Source: Takakia lepidozioides (lineage: Eukaryota; Plantae; Bryophyta). From it: a DNA stretch of 64,000 bases. The notes beneath the pieces are model-generated. The model did not search any database. It had not been told where the DNA came from and saw only the letters and a list, made by a program, of their open reading frames with translations. The number at the start of each line of letters is the position of its first letter. The stretch's first letter is position 1. Position numbers and translations under genes: made by a program. The DNA lies in NCBI GenBank assembly GCA_030704615.1, contig CM060731.1, positions 74,028,001 to 74,092,000 on the forward strand, given 5' to 3'. Shown here piece by piece: positions 12,514 through 26,063 of the stretch.

Positions 12514-15500
12514 ATGGAAGCTGTTTGTGGGTTGAGTGTTGCAAGCACTGTGGGCCATAAGCTCTACTCGCCGGAGTGCAGGCTATGGCAATGTGGGAAG
12601 AACAAGGCAACTGTGGCACGCCTTGCATTCCGTGCTGCCTTGCCTCGCTCATCTGCCCTCGTGACTCCTACTCTAGTAAGTTCTCTCTCTCTCTTCTTCG
12701 TTCTGTGCGCTTTTCGTCCTTACGGACAGGTTCAGGACTGCACTGCAGTGGGCGTCACGCATTACAAATTCCTCCTCAGACCATCGCGTCAATACGTAAT
12801 AAGGCTACTCCAATGCACAGATCCTCGCCTCGCATCGTCCATTCACTCAGCATGTCAACCCAAGTCCAGACCATAAGTTTATCCGACTCTAGTCTGTAGC
12901 AATAATCACACTTCTCCTTTTGAACAATAGGGTAACAGGCTTCTTTGCTTGGAATTTCTGAAAGAAGCAGTCAGGTACGATGAGAACCTACACTCACGTA
13001 TTTTGAAAAGATCGTGACTTGGAGGGGCAGCCCCAATGCAGGATTGTAGAGTCCAGGGATTCAAATGAGTCACATTGTTGATGACACCAGACAAGAGGGA
13101 CTCGTCAAGAGAAGCCAATGGAGGAAAGTGGAGGAAAAAAGGAAGAGTGAAGTCCTGAAGAGATGTTGGCAATCAGACTGAAGTATTAGAGAAACCGGAA
13201 TGAAGAAATTACATTTTATCTGCAGCAAATGTTGATTTCTTCTCTGCTATTCTAGTGGCACTAGAGAGACAAGCACTTTAAAACTTAAGGAAGCGTTGTG
13301 ATGATTCACACTAATAACTGTAATTATATACTTTATCTTTCTCGTTCCTGGGTTCAACCTATTTTTTATTTAGTACTGGGCTACATTCAACCAAAGAGTT
13401 GTGGAAACTTAAGGTAGGTTTATTTTCAACCACCAGGTCCTCAAGCATGCAGATGAGAAGGAACTCTTTTTCTGTTTTCAATACACCAATTTGTGCACTG
13501 CCTGTATCTTAATCTTTTGGTTTGAGCTTTGTTCTTAGGTTTTAGAACAGTGTCTCAGAATGTCCATTGTGGAACAGGTTTGACCTTGTGTGCACTCTGA
13601 ATCATAAGTACTTAACGCACAGAAGGTCCACTTGCAGCAATTCGTTCGCACCAGACAGTCACAGTGCCTGAGTACCTCAAGGCGGCACCAAATGAAAATA
13701 AAGTGCCAGGCAGCAGCAGAAGAGGCCACCATTGACAACTCCACAGGTGTGCACCCGAGAGAGAGGGAAAGACAGTTCCCCTCTTCATTGAATGAACAGG
13801 GACTTCTGTAATGCTCATCATCATGATTGTATGCAGTCTCATTCCTGCTGTTCCGTGCAGTCTTGGTCGTTGGAGGGGGAGGGCTTGGAATGGAGGTGGT
13901 TCGTATATTTGCCAAGGCTGGATCTTGGGTCACAGCTTATCAGAGAGGGGAGAAATTCCGTAAAGAGATCGAAGAGCTCGGGGCAATGCTGGCTATTGGA
14001 GATGTGTTGGACATTGGTGCTATTGAAAAAACTTTGAAGTCTAACTCATTTGATGCGATTGTCTGCACTGTTGGTAAGATACCCTTTTCACCTATAGTGA
14101 ATCTGCATTTTGGATGAAGTTCTTATTTGCTTGAAGGGGCTGTGCACTTGATTTTTCCAGACATTGTAGTCTTTGTTAAGAGTCTATCGCCATCTCTATC
14201 TTAGTCTCTCTTCCCTTTTCTCTGGGGCTCACTAAATTTTTCCACTGCAGAGGGGTCAACTCTGAGGTTAAGAAAACGATGCTTTGTCGCGTTATTAGAC
14301 CTGCCTTGGAGTACGGATCTGCTATATGGGTTGATAACTCCAACCAGGCTAAGTCTCTAGAATCCATTCAAGTGGGGGTGCTTAAGGAGTGTATGTCAGC
14401 ATGCTCCAAAACAGCCAATGTGGCTGTTCGGGGTGAGTTTGGCATTCCGTCCTTAAGCTCCCGACGAGATGAATTCAAGGTCAGATGGTGGGGTCAGCTG
14501 CAACATATGCCCAACACCAGATATCCTAAATTAATCGACTCTATATCTTGGAAACAGGACCGCCCTGTCAAACAGGCTAAGTCCTGGCAGAAGAGAGTAG
14601 AAGAGATCCTCAAGGACCTGGACCTGGATCCGCAAGTCTTGACCCTGCTGGATAAATCTGACTTAGAGGCTGTAGTGTCCTCAGCCATGTCTGTTGCCAT
14701 GAGATTGTCTGATGAAAATGAAGTTAGGCAGAAAACTTCCCTGAACTTGTTTCCAGTCTGTGACATGGGGGAGGACATCTTGGATGACCTCAAGGGTCTA
14801 CCCACTCTCGGCACTAGACTGAAATTTAAACTCAGGGCAGGAAGCCTACCTTTGAACAGCAAACAGAAGCAGAGAGGAAAGGGAGAGTGCAATTGCCCGT
14901 TGTGTGGGCAATCTGAAGACAGTATTCATTTTCTGATACACTGTCCGGGGTTCTCTCACCAAAGAGACGCTCTCTTCAAATCTATTAAGGGAATTGTGCC
15001 TGTACCCCTGTTTACCAACTTTGAAAGTCTCGAGGCTGAGCCAAAAGCCCAGGCCCTCCTGAGGCCTAGTTTTTGGGCAAATCACACACAGCAGATTGAT
15101 GCTTGTGTGAAGGGATTTCTAGAGGATATCTGGAAAACCCGGATTAATTCTTTATATGGAGGTAAGTCTTACTACCAACGTCAGCCCCTGACAGAGGTAG
15201 GTTCTGTCCCTTTTGTTCCCGCTCAAACTGGGCGCGGGGTCAATGGCCACAAGGCTACGGCAAACAACGTCTTATGAGTACAATCTCTTCCCTTTTCTTG
15301 ATCCAAGATCCAAGGTAAATCATACTACCGGCGTCAGCCCCTGACAAAGGTAGTTTCTGTCGCTTTATGTTCCGTTCAAACTGGGCGCGGGGTCAATGGC
15401 CACAAGGCTACGGCAAGCAATGTCTTATGAGTACAATCTCTTCCCTTTTCTACATTTTCCTTTTCCTCTCTGGCTTTTCTTAAGCACCTTGTGACTAGCA

Positions 15501-17745
15501 GTGCAATCACAGGCGTATGCATAGATTGGGGGCCAGAGAAGCAGTTCTGGAAGCAACATTGTTCTCTAGCATGACAGCCCCTACATAACCACTCAATTCC
15601 CCGTAACTCGATTCTGCTGCATGCATCTGTCAAAGCAATCTGGGGCTGAGTTGCCATACCTTGGTGGGTAGAAACCCCACAGCTCTCACGTTTAATAGGT
15701 GTGAAGCATTAACCATTCTCCTTCTCTGAAAGGGAAATTCTACATGGGTGTACAGGTGGAGGGTCAAAGGAACCAACCGTGGATAAGGTACCGCGCCAGT
15801 TTCTTTTTCCTAAAAGCAGTGTGCTGTTGAGCTGCTGGAGTGCGTGTTGCTTGGGGAACATACCTAGTCAGAAGCTTTGACTTTAAGGTTGAACTAATGG
15901 GATGAGTGTTGGCTGTGTGGCAGGATGGTCCTATTAATTTGATAACTATCGCCAAGAAATTGGGCGTGCGAAGGTTCCTATTGGTAAGCAACACCTGATA
16001 TTCTGCTCCAATCAATCTTTCTCTAAGAAGAGAGATATACCATGTCTGTGTGATGCCAAAAACTGCTATGGATGTCATGCTGTCAGCCTACTGTGTCTAT
16101 TTGGGAAATACTGTTTCCTACAAAGCAAGGCTGGCTTTTGCAAATAGGCAAGTTAGGGCTTAAGTAGGCTATTTTAAAATTTAAATGGGGATGTTTGCTT
16201 GCAGGTATCAAGCATTGGAGCTGGTGATAGTGTGAAGGCAATTGATGAGCGGGTATGTGGAAACCTTTGCAGCTCATCTTCGCTTCAATCTTCCTTCACC
16301 GATGATGCACCAGTTCAAATTCCATAAGCCCTCCGGAGAAAACTCATTGGTCAATGGGGTTGAGCAAAACTGCAATTTTAATTAGTTAATTACTCCAAGT
16401 TCTTCACTAGATGGATCTCTTGGTATTGCTGGTGTGAGGCAGCAGAGATACTACACTCATTGAGCTGTCCTTGGATGTTGGTTTCATTCTCTCTGTCTTC
16501 GGCCTGCGGGACACTAATGCTCCCAGAGCCTGTAGTTGCGTTTAATCCACCATGTCAAGGTACTCTCATCAGCCTGCAATCAACACACACCCGCAATAGA
16601 ATGTACCCGTAATTGGTCTGCCTTGTTATCACACAGCTGTAGTAACCTTGACGCCATATACTGCACATGATATCTCCACTTCTGTGGTGATATGGGACTG
16701 CTCAGTCAGTGGAGCCTCCTCTGCCAAATTAGGCTTCCAGGGGTACTGGACATGAACATACCATTGAATGTAAAGTTGGGGTACCAAGGAAAATATTGCT
16801 GTGAGGTTGTGGTGTGCCCTGAGACAGACAGACAGAAAGAAATAATGTATCATTGTCCAGGGAAGGCCCAGATAGAGAGAGGTTGAGGGCGTACTCCGCA
16901 TAATTGCCCCATCATTCCTCGTCCCAAGTTTGGTCCTAATTTCGATCTACAGACGCTGGAGGTGTTGAGGATAGTGTTGAAGGCCAAGGAGGAGGCAGAA
17001 GAAGCCTTGAGAGCAAGCGGCCTACGTTACACCATCCTTCGTCCTGGGGGCTTGATACCTGCTGTGAGTTGCTCTATTCCAAGCAAGAGTCTGATTCTCT
17101 ATCAGGCATGGATTTGGCAGTCAATAGTGATGCCTGTCAAATCATGTCTCTCTCATGTGGTTTGTTCTTTGAAATGTGTATGATGTGGCAGCCACCAACT
17201 GGTAAAGGCATACTGACAGAAGACCCAAGTGTAGCAGGACTCATCAGCCGTGCTGATGTAGCCTCCCTTGTAAGTGCAGAACCCCTATTCCATCACTTCC
17301 AACCAAAGGTTTCAGTATGCTCCATATTTATAAGTATCACTGCTACCACCCCATACACATTTGATAGGCAAGGTTCATAGGCTGAATATGGGCCTATATG
17401 TGGACCCATGAGTGACTGACCTATGCAAAAGGCCTTTCTTGTGCTCATTCTCTCGCTTTTGTCCTTCCTTTGCATATGCTACCTCGTTATGTTATTTATC
17501 CTAAGCTCCTCTGCTCGGGCCAGTTCATTCATCGTCTTCTTTTACAGTGCCAATATTGGTCCCCATTCGGAGCATAACTTCCAATGTCTGGTTGTACTCC
17601 TAAACACTTTGTACAGATTTTGAGAAGACAAATGGATTTTCAAGCTCATGTTGGCTGGGCAATGGGTTGGTTGACTCAGATCATGAAAATTTTGTTCGAT
17701 AAACGAGCCGAAGAGAAGACATTCTCTGCCTTTGACTGTGAAAAG
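12514..17745 (+). CDS. Plastid-targeted NAD(P)-binding Rossmann-fold protein (atypical SDR, NAD(P)H-binding family); final exon not resolved
   Basis: Exons 12514-12675 (transit-peptide-like), 13623-13746, 13861-14073 (VLVVGGGGLGMEVV), 15756-15787, 15924-15983, 16205-16252 (VSSIGAGDS), 16953-17063 (KAKEEAE..LRASGLRYTILRPGGL), 17192-17269 (ISRADVA) and 17680-17745. Introns are GT-AG and in phase. The stop-codon exon was not identified. Confidence 0.85.
14222..15283 (+). mobile_element. Young 5'-truncated RTE/RTEX-like LINE copy (C-terminal CCHC region) in an intron
   Basis: Open frame to TGA at 15277 with [17 protein letters not shown]; nearly identical to 35618-36669. The 15-bp TSD TCTCTTCCCTTTTCT is at 14207-14221 and 15284-15298. 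Confidence 0.92.
15299..15436 (+). mobile_element. Second, shorter and more diverged copy of the same LINE 3' end
   Basis: Matches the terminal ~125 bp with several substitutions and ends ATGAGTACAA. A third TCTCTTCCCTTTTCT follows at 15437-15451. Confidence 0.88.
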
Positions 17746-20282
17746 GTATGTTCTGGTCTTGGGTTGGGAAGGAAAACATGGACACTTTCACATTTCGCAT
17801 TAATAACTAGTGATATGCTGATGATCTCAACCCAGAGTAGTGGAGCATGTGGGTCAATGTCATCTCATTCCTCTGGGTGTCCTTTAAATATCCATGTAGG
17901 GGATGGATAACGGCCCCTCTCAACACACAGACAATGAGAGGGGAGAGACCAGGCAAAGCCAGAAGGGCTATAAGGGTCTGGTATGTTTGTGTACCATGCT
18001 TGACCAATGTGCGTAAGAGCGAACTTCTTTGCCATTAGACTGATCATAGCCTTAGGCCATTGATCATTTGGGATGTAGTTTCTCTCAGTGGGGATAATCC
18101 CATTGTGGAACTGCTATGGTTCTTGCTGCCAACATGATCCCATTTGGGGAGATTTAGCAGTTTGAAAAAACAGGACATTGGCTGCTTTTTTAAGTGACAT
18201 ATGCAATTACAGATTGAAATATTGTGCGAGGTTACTGAGACTACTGGTGGGTGATTGGGTGCAGTTGCTTCCACCAACAGCTACGCTAGACAATGTTAAG
18301 CTGGCTTCATTTTCTTGAGGCACTTACTATCAGCTAATTTGTAACATTGTAGCACAGCTCAACCAGAAATTACCTGCGTTGTTAGGTCCCCGGATTTTCT
18401 AGCCACAGTCAGGAAGCTTGGAGATTTTTTGGATGGGCCATTGGAGTATTGAGATTTGGTTAATGGTACATTTTCAGCATCTTACCTTGTTGAGTTCAAG
18501 ACATTCTGTGGCTATAGCCACCAATGGCATGAGTATCTGTTTGCCTAGCATTGTCGGGGCCTACTCCAACACCAATGTGGTGGTGAGCATTTGGTGGTTC
18601 ACCAGAATAGGTTCAGTTTTAATGGCTGATGTACCAAGTCAATTTGGCCAATGCACTGCAGATTCGTCAGTCATATCTTCGCAGATGATTAGATCCATAG
18701 AAATGAACTGTTGAATCATGTTCCTAACTACATCCTCCAGCTCTACTTAAAATTTCATAGACTTCCATCATGTGGGTTTGCAAGATGTGCTTCGAACTTA
18801 ACTTCACCGCTCTTATCAAATTGTCTAAGTTGGGATCTACAAGGTGGTTTCTATGTGCAGATTTCAGGTATTTTGGGCATGCTCTCACCCGTTTGAATAT
18901 AAAAACAATAAGGACAATTTTTCTTCTGTCCAGATTGGGGTTTTTGTCCTTAAATTTGGATGAAATCTATCAATTGGCGCCCTTTCAGATTGAGGCACAT
19001 CAGCCCTCTGTTGCCGGGGCGCATCCACCAACGACCCCTTTGAACGAAGGGTGCCCCCATGAATTTAGAGTAGTAGCCCAATTACCACGTGCCAGGCAGG
19101 CCTGATGACATGTCATGCTTTTCGGCCCGGGCAGCCATAACTTTCTTCTTTTTGTAGTAACTAAAATAATTACTAGTATATGTAAGCGGTAAGGTGCAGC
19201 ACCTCCTTATATAAGTAGCCTCCGGAGGCGGGCAGGCCCACCCCTTCAAGCGGTGGTGGAGCCTTCTAGAATGCCCTACATGTCGTCCCTACAGAAACTA
19301 TTTGACACGTATGCACTAGTTGACCCCCCAAAAACACTCTAGTCCAGAGCCCATTGGTTCTTCCAATGCTGTGGCTATTTTTGACCTCTAAACAGCGTCA
19401 TTCCCTCTTTGCAGGTGTCCGTCCACCCGGGCCCCACCTGTCCACCAATGGAAACCCTTGTTCCCTTTGTCCTTCCTATGCGCTCCACCCGTCCTCTCAC
19501 TTGGTCATGTCATCTTCCTACTTACTGGCTAAATTTTCTGAAAATGAAACTTGGGCTGCATATACACTGAGATTATGATGCAAGTGTTTTTCCATGTAAC
19601 CTCAACAATTCACAAATAGGTACCCAAGCACAATCACTTTTCCAATCTGAAGTGTAAATGCGTGTACAAATATGCAAGAGCTGGAGAAGACCGCTGGCTG
19701 CACTCTGCACTTCAGGAAAAGACAACAAGCGAAGTTGCCGCGGGGCAAACTAGATCATGAGTAATATGTTAAAATCTTCTCGAAACATTTTCCAGGCGCA
19801 GTGAAACTTCCATGCATCAGCATAACACAACAAAGCTTTTCAGTGAGCCATCTTCACACTCTCTTTCACCAATCGCGGTAATGTCTGGTGATCAAATCTC
19901 TTACATCCGTTTGGGTCCTGAGGAGTGCGGTGGGGCTGAGTGGCTGAAGTACTACGCACATGAGGGCGCGGGCAGGGCTGATCAGCCAACGGATCAGCCC
20001 TGTAGAACCCAGCGACACTCGCCCTCACCACACACATGGGCGGATGAAATTCCACGACACATCCACCAGGTGAACTCGGGCAAAAATTCACCGTAGCAAT
20101 TTGGTCGTCTCTCTCCTCTCGACGGCACCCACGCCACTCCTCTAAGTGGAGAGCTTTACATCAAGGAGTTTTGAACCAGATACTATGAATGAAAGAGGTC
20201 CGTCATCTTTGCCACTCGTTATAGATTAGTACATATTGAAAAACCCACAAATCTGGTAGCATAAATTAGGTTCCTTGCAAAA

Positions 20283-20860
20283 ATGGAGAGGCTTTTCATT
20301 AGCAAGGTCATTTTTGATATGGATGTTTCTGTCTGTGAGCTTAGGGGATTGTTTGATAGTCAAATCAAAGGCGAGACTTATTTTGGGAGAGAAAGAGCAC
20401 TCACTGGGAATCGGGATATCGATACTTGTCAATTTTGGTGGCAATTTGTAGAAAGAAGAGAATGTCTGTCTGCATGTGGTGGAAGGAGCCTCGACAGTAC
20501 ACGCCCTAGGAGTTGATAGAAGCACAAGTTTGGCATATTACCCTTGAGGTCAGAGACAGGAAATTTCTACGGAATTATAGAATGACATATGCGGCTTTCA
20601 ACAATTTGGTTGATGAACATATGCCTTTTGTTAAGTCCGCTACATTAAATCAAGTAAGACCCACAACTAGAGATCCGAAAGATTCTAGTAGTTGTTCTCT
20701 ATAGATTCACACATAGTATTTCCTCAACCATAATAGCAGATCAATTCAATGTTGGTGCGTCAAGCATACGCAAATATATTGACATTGTTTGTGCTACTCT
20801 AATGACACCCGAGTGTCTATTTAGCAAGTACATTGACACACCAACATGATAACGATTAAC
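20283..20860 (+). mobile_element. Degenerate PIF/Harbinger transposase, N-terminal relic
   Basis: Frameshifted peptide DRKFLRNYRMTYAAFNNLV...LEIRKILVVVLYRF...IIADQFNVGASSIRKYI resembles the HTH region of HARBI1-type transposases. Confidence 0.7.
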
Positions 20861-21519
20861 AAAAATTACTCATGCAGCATGAGCTCAAAATATTCTACAT
20901 GCAAAAATGTGAAAGCATGTCACATTTTCAAAGAAAAACAAAGTACATCAAGCTGGACCTTGATTTTCCAATCATAACTTTTTGTGGTTTTATTCAATGG
21001 AGATGAAACCAAGACTTAGAATTGGGGAGTCAAGCTAGCTTTCCAACAAAGATATTCCACACCCATACATCATTCTAGAAGCCAAAATGTGCAAGAAGGT
21101 CAGGTTGTGAAGAAAAAACATTGTACATCTTCATTGCCTTCAGATTTTTTGTCATAACTTCTTGTAGTTAGCTTCAATTGATGTGAAATGAAAATGAAGA
21201 CGCAGAGGTGAGAAATCCTTCTAGCTTTTCAACACCCTATTGCACTTACAAAATGCTGGAATTGACAAAGATCTACAAGCTAAATTCTGAAACAAGGTCA
21301 AATTGAGAAAAAAAACCACGTCAAACTTCATTGCCTTCACATCTGTGCTCACTGTCACTAAACACACTCATGAACCACAACAAACTCAGTACATCAAGTG
21401 CTATCACCCACAGATGATAGGCTTGAACCATCGTTTGCCTTTAACACATCCACAAATAGAGCGATCATGTGAAGCGGGGTTTGTGTTGCCAACTCCCGAC
21501 TTATTTGTTTGCTTTAAAG

Positions 21520-21910
21520 AATCTACGAAGTGATTCTGTCGGTCATTGCCATCTTTAGCGTCTCCATCTCTTTGATCCCCTCCCCAAGCTCTTTGATTGC
21601 ACTTGCATTAATGGCAGTAGAACCTCCAAACAAACGTCGTTTCTTTGAATTTGGACGACTTTGCACACCTGACAACTTGCAAGCTGCCGTCCTATGAGTG
21701 ATAGATGCAACGGAAGGATTGCCGAGTGTGGTGCCTGTCGTCACATCTAGTGTTGTTCCAGAAGCAGTGTCTCCATCAAATACATGAGCATGTCATAGAG
21801 GACTGAATTGTATATCAAATTGTGTATCTGACACGAATGCAACATCATCATCATCATCAATGGTTTGGGGAGGATTGTTGCGCACTTCCTGCTCAATACC
21901 TCCAGGAATC
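21520..21910 (-). mobile_element. Probable C-terminal relic of the Harbinger partner (Myb/SANT-like) ORF
   Basis: Convergent to the transposase relic. Basic KKRR patch followed by a coiled-coil-like SAIKELGEGIKEMETLKM. Cut by the adjacent LTR. Confidence 0.4.
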
Positions 21911-21914
21911 CCAT

Positions 21915-24225
21915 TGTCAAGGACGAGAACATGATTGAACACAAACAAGAGATCAGACTAGAGGTACAAGATTAGACAAAAAGTCAAGGTCGGCGTGGTC
22001 GAATGCATGGTGGGTAAACATAAATCAACATGTTATTTATAACAATGGACAAGAGTACAAGATACTGGAACTCGACTCGAATACTGGAATGCTGGAAACT
22101 GGACTAGAGTACTGGGAGCTGGACTGGAGTACTGGGACTGGGAACAAGAGTAGCTTGAACTTGTATTGGCGAGACTGAAAAATGTCCAGTCTCGCCTCCT
22201 ATATATACTGGCTACTAAGAAGTTCCCTTAGAAGCTTCCCCTATAGAGGTTTCTTGATGGAGAAGCTTCCTTAAACAAAAGAAGTATCTTGATGGAGAAG
22301 TTTCCTCCAAATGAAGTTTCCTGAGCAGTTTCCCAAGTTACTCTTGGTAATTTGGTAAACTTCCGGTAACTTGGTAACTAATGATAAATCATGGTAGATC
22401 ATGGTAAATCACGATAAGTCATGATAACTTCCGGTAACATGGTAACTTGGTAATTTCTGATATTTACTCATGATAAGTTCTTCTGGGCTATGTCCGTGAC
22501 TAACCCCCTCCTCTAGTGTCGAGTTCCTCGAGGAGCGGTAAAATCTTGGACTTGTTTAGAGTTGGAGAAAATCCAAAATCCGACGAATGGTACTTGCCAA
22601 ATATTCGGCTCTTCGTTCTTAACTCAAATGATTTATAGGTCCCTACAACCATCAATAGTGTCCAACACCTTGAACATGTCACTGACTGGAAACAAGTTCG
22701 GGGAAGTTTTCTGCCTAACTTCATTTTCATCATACAATCTCATGGCAACAGACATAGCTTTGGACACTACAGCCTTTAAGTCAGATTTATCCAGCAGGGT
22801 CAAGACTTGCGGATCCAGGTCCAGGTCCAGGTCCTTGAGAATCTCTTATACTATCTTCTGCCAGGACTTAGCCTGTTTGACAGGGCGGTCTTGTTTCCAA
22901 GATATAGAGTCGATTAACTTAGGATATCTGGTGTTGAACATATGTCGCAGTAAGTTGAGCATTCTGATTTTCGAAGCTGCCTTCAAATATGATTTCGTTG
23001 CCCTCTGGGTCTGAAGCCTCAAGTTCCAATAGAATTATCAGACTTCGAGTAGGCTCCACTTGCCGTCGTACGGGGTCCAGACGAGGAAGTACGAGTCGTA
23101 TTGGTGGCCCATCGTCTCGAGAACGTCGGCGTGATATTGAACGTCGTGAGAGTCGGAATGGCTGATCTGGTAGTTGGGTAAGCGACAACTCCAATGTATT
23201 TGGTTCATGTGACTCCATGCTGCCAATACAAGATGCAATAGTGCTAGAAGTGTAGCTATATATACTGATGTGTGGTGCTCATCTCTCCTTAGCGTGTATC
23301 AGGTACATTGAATGTGGAGTCTTCACCTTGAAACTAACTTGGCTGACATCATCGTTGTGACGTCTTATTGACGTGTAGCTCGAGGCTTAGCTGGATATCG
23401 TTGATGAAACTCTTGGATTTTGTCAGATGCTTGGCGAGGTTGGATGAAGGTTCTCACATTCGTTTGCTGATGTCATAGTCTTTCCAATGTACGAAATACT
23501 CAAGACGTTTATACTTGATGCGAACGTCTATGACTTCGTCGACTTCATACTCAATTTTCTGATTGACTTCGATTGGTGGAGGTGGTACGGATACTCTCCC
23601 TGAAATATTCAATGGATGATACAACTCCAATAATGAAACATGAAAAACTGAATGGATGTGCATACTTCGTGGGAGTTCAAGCCGAAAATTGACCGGATTT
23701 ATTTGTTGAATAATTTTGAATGGTCTCAGGCGTTGATAATCCAACTTCCTTGATGGACACGAGGTTTGTATGTCCCGTCGAAGAAGCCACACACGATCTC
23801 CAACCTTGAACTGGGGTTGGAGTTGGCGATGTTGATCTGCATACTCCTTGTATTGTTTTTGAGCTTCTGCGAGGTGGAATATAAGCTCCTTGTAAATCGT
23901 AGCAAGATGAGTAGCAAGGTTTTCTGCAGCAAGGCTTCCAACAGTCTTCATGTGGAAATGATTTGCTCGAGGATGATGACCATAATTGGAGAAAAATGAA
24001 GTTTGTTTGGTCGAAGAATGTATAGAGTTGTTGTAGGCAAACTCAGCCAATGACAGAAGGTCCGTCCAATTATCTTGGTGATAATTTATCGTACAACAAA
24101 GATATTGTTCCAAAATCTGGTTTACACGTTCGGTTTGACCATCAGTCTGTGGATGATTAGCTGTAGAGAGGTTGATCTTAGTATCCAATATGTAAAATAA
24201 TCCCCTCCAAAAATTTGATATACTC
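21915..24225 (-). mobile_element. 3' part of a chromovirus-type Ty3/gypsy element (integrase + chromodomain, PPT, 3' LTR)
   Basis: ORF 23454-24188(-) has HPQTDGQTERVNQ, GPF-like region, IH.VFHVSLL and chromodomain EYEVDEVID...YFVHWKDY. PPT AGAGGAGGGGGTT lies at about 22502-22514(-). LTR spans about 21915-22501. Confidence 0.85.
22676..22950 (-). mobile_element. Internal fragment of the RTE/RTEX-like LINE
   Basis: Reverse-complement match to about 14497-14767. The element's 3' end is absent. Confidence 0.8.
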
Positions 24226-24714
24226 TAGACCCTTGGGAATCATTAGGGAAAGAATAGGGCCTCCTAAGGGCCTCCTCTCTTTAGGAGAAAGTAACCATTC
24301 GTTCAACTTGAAAAAAACCTGAACGGTCAAGATCGATTTGATCTAACGGCTGTTAGCTTAAATTAAAAAATTTGCCCGATTTAGCAATCATTGCGGTCCT
24401 AATCAGCGCTCCACGCGGATCGCCGCCCTCCCTATGCAATTTAGGTGCATCGCTCCCGCGCTCCAGCTCAATCGAGCTCCCGCTCAATCGTTCATCCCGT
24501 CTTGGATGGAGCGCTCCCACGCTCCCGCTCAATCGCTCGTTCCCCCCAATCTTGGATCTATCAGTTTGAGCTCACGAAGAGCGTAGGTACGATGTCGAAC
24601 ACATTTTGAGCTCATGAAAGAGCTGCAGGTACAGTGTTGACCAGAGCACCAAGAATGAGATAACCAGGGATGCCATCCTGATGAACCAGGGAAAGTGTGA
24701 TATTTGTAATGCAG

Positions 24715-26063
24715 ATCCTATGGTGAAGTTCATGCGAAAGACTCTTGAGAAGGCAGGCTGTCCAATAGCAGATCAATTCTTCAAATCTGAAGTATGTCAT
24801 ATGCAAGTTGGTGGTGGCTTCAAGCGGGATGATGGGGTCAGGTCTTTTCTGTACTCTCTCTCTCCCTCTATTTGTGGCATCCATAGCCACCATTGTCTTC
24901 GTCCCTGATGACTCTCCTACTTTGGTGATTGCACAGAACTTCGTTGTTGCCCTACTGCTTGCTGGAGCTGGAGGCTTGTTTATAGGATCAATTTTGCTTA
25001 GTGGATTGCAAGAAGAATAAAGGAATTCGCGATTCTCTTGATTCCACTGTGCCTGCATATTGTTGCAAGTTATTCCAGCTGCCATTTGTCTTTCCAATGA
25101 CGTCACTTGTCTGATGAAGTCTTTCTCGACTAAAGCATTTCGTGGATAGTTTCATTGACTTCAACACTTCTTTAGCCATTCACAACGAGCAGATTGTGTG
25201 TGTCTATTATCCTGACTGCCAAAAGATGTGGTCGAATGCAGTCGATGAATAACTGGTTGTAGCAACATTCCTCCCTTAAGCTCCCTACGAGATGAAGTCA
25301 TATGTGCAGGGGTAAATTAAGTGCAAGGTGCGGTATATTGATGGGTTTTCTACTTTGTAGGTACTGATCTGCAGCAACCATTTGATGATGCAGGATGAAG
25401 TGGACGTGGCTATGACCCATGAGTTGTTGCATGCTTACGACCATTGCCGTGCTGCAAACTTAGATTGGACCAATTGTGAGCACCATGCTTACAATGAGGT
25501 GTGCCTCTTTTGCCCAGGCTTTGCTAGCTTTTGTGAAGACAGGTCAAAGACGAATCAATCATGCTTCTTAAGGGGTTCATCTAATTGATGTGTAAGAAAA
25601 AGTGTGGGAATGTTATCTAGAAGTCGCCACTTTCTCAATAGTAGATATGGACGTATATCTCTGGTCAATGGTTTGCACTTATTACAGTGTAACACCGATT
25701 GTGATGTCTATTAGGAACATGCTTGAATGGATAGTTTTCAAGAAAGGTCATGGTACTCATTGTGGTTTACTTTTTTTGTTAGGTTTGCTGGAGAGGTGGC
25801 ATTGAGTGTGAGTGACATGTTGGTTGTTGAATCTGTTTAGGCTTTTGCAGCTTGCAGAAGGTTTCTCCGTCTGTTATGTTGCTACCTTAGTCTTAGTGTA
25901 CAGCCATCAGTTATGACCATTCCAGTGCTGCTCAGGGTAGTTGCTTGATGTAGCTTGAGGCCAAATTGCCTAATATGCAGAGAGTTTTTGACAGACATTG
26001 AACAAGAAACATGATATGTGTAGAGATTTTTGGGGTATGGCAGATACGGGCAGCTAACTTGAG
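24715..26063 (+). pseudogene. ATP23: Truncated mitochondrial inner-membrane metalloprotease ATP23
   Basis: Exons 24715-24836 (PMVKFMRKTLEKAGC), 25361-25498 (HELLHAYDHCRAANLDWTNCEHHA, HEXXH) and 26044 onward (IRAANLS). Homology stops abruptly and the remaining exons are not seen in the window. Confidence 0.8.

Noticed and set aside
13539-13577. 39-nt micro-exon in the Rossmann gene
   Set aside because: It is AG/GT-flanked and in phase, but would leave a following intron of only 45 nt.
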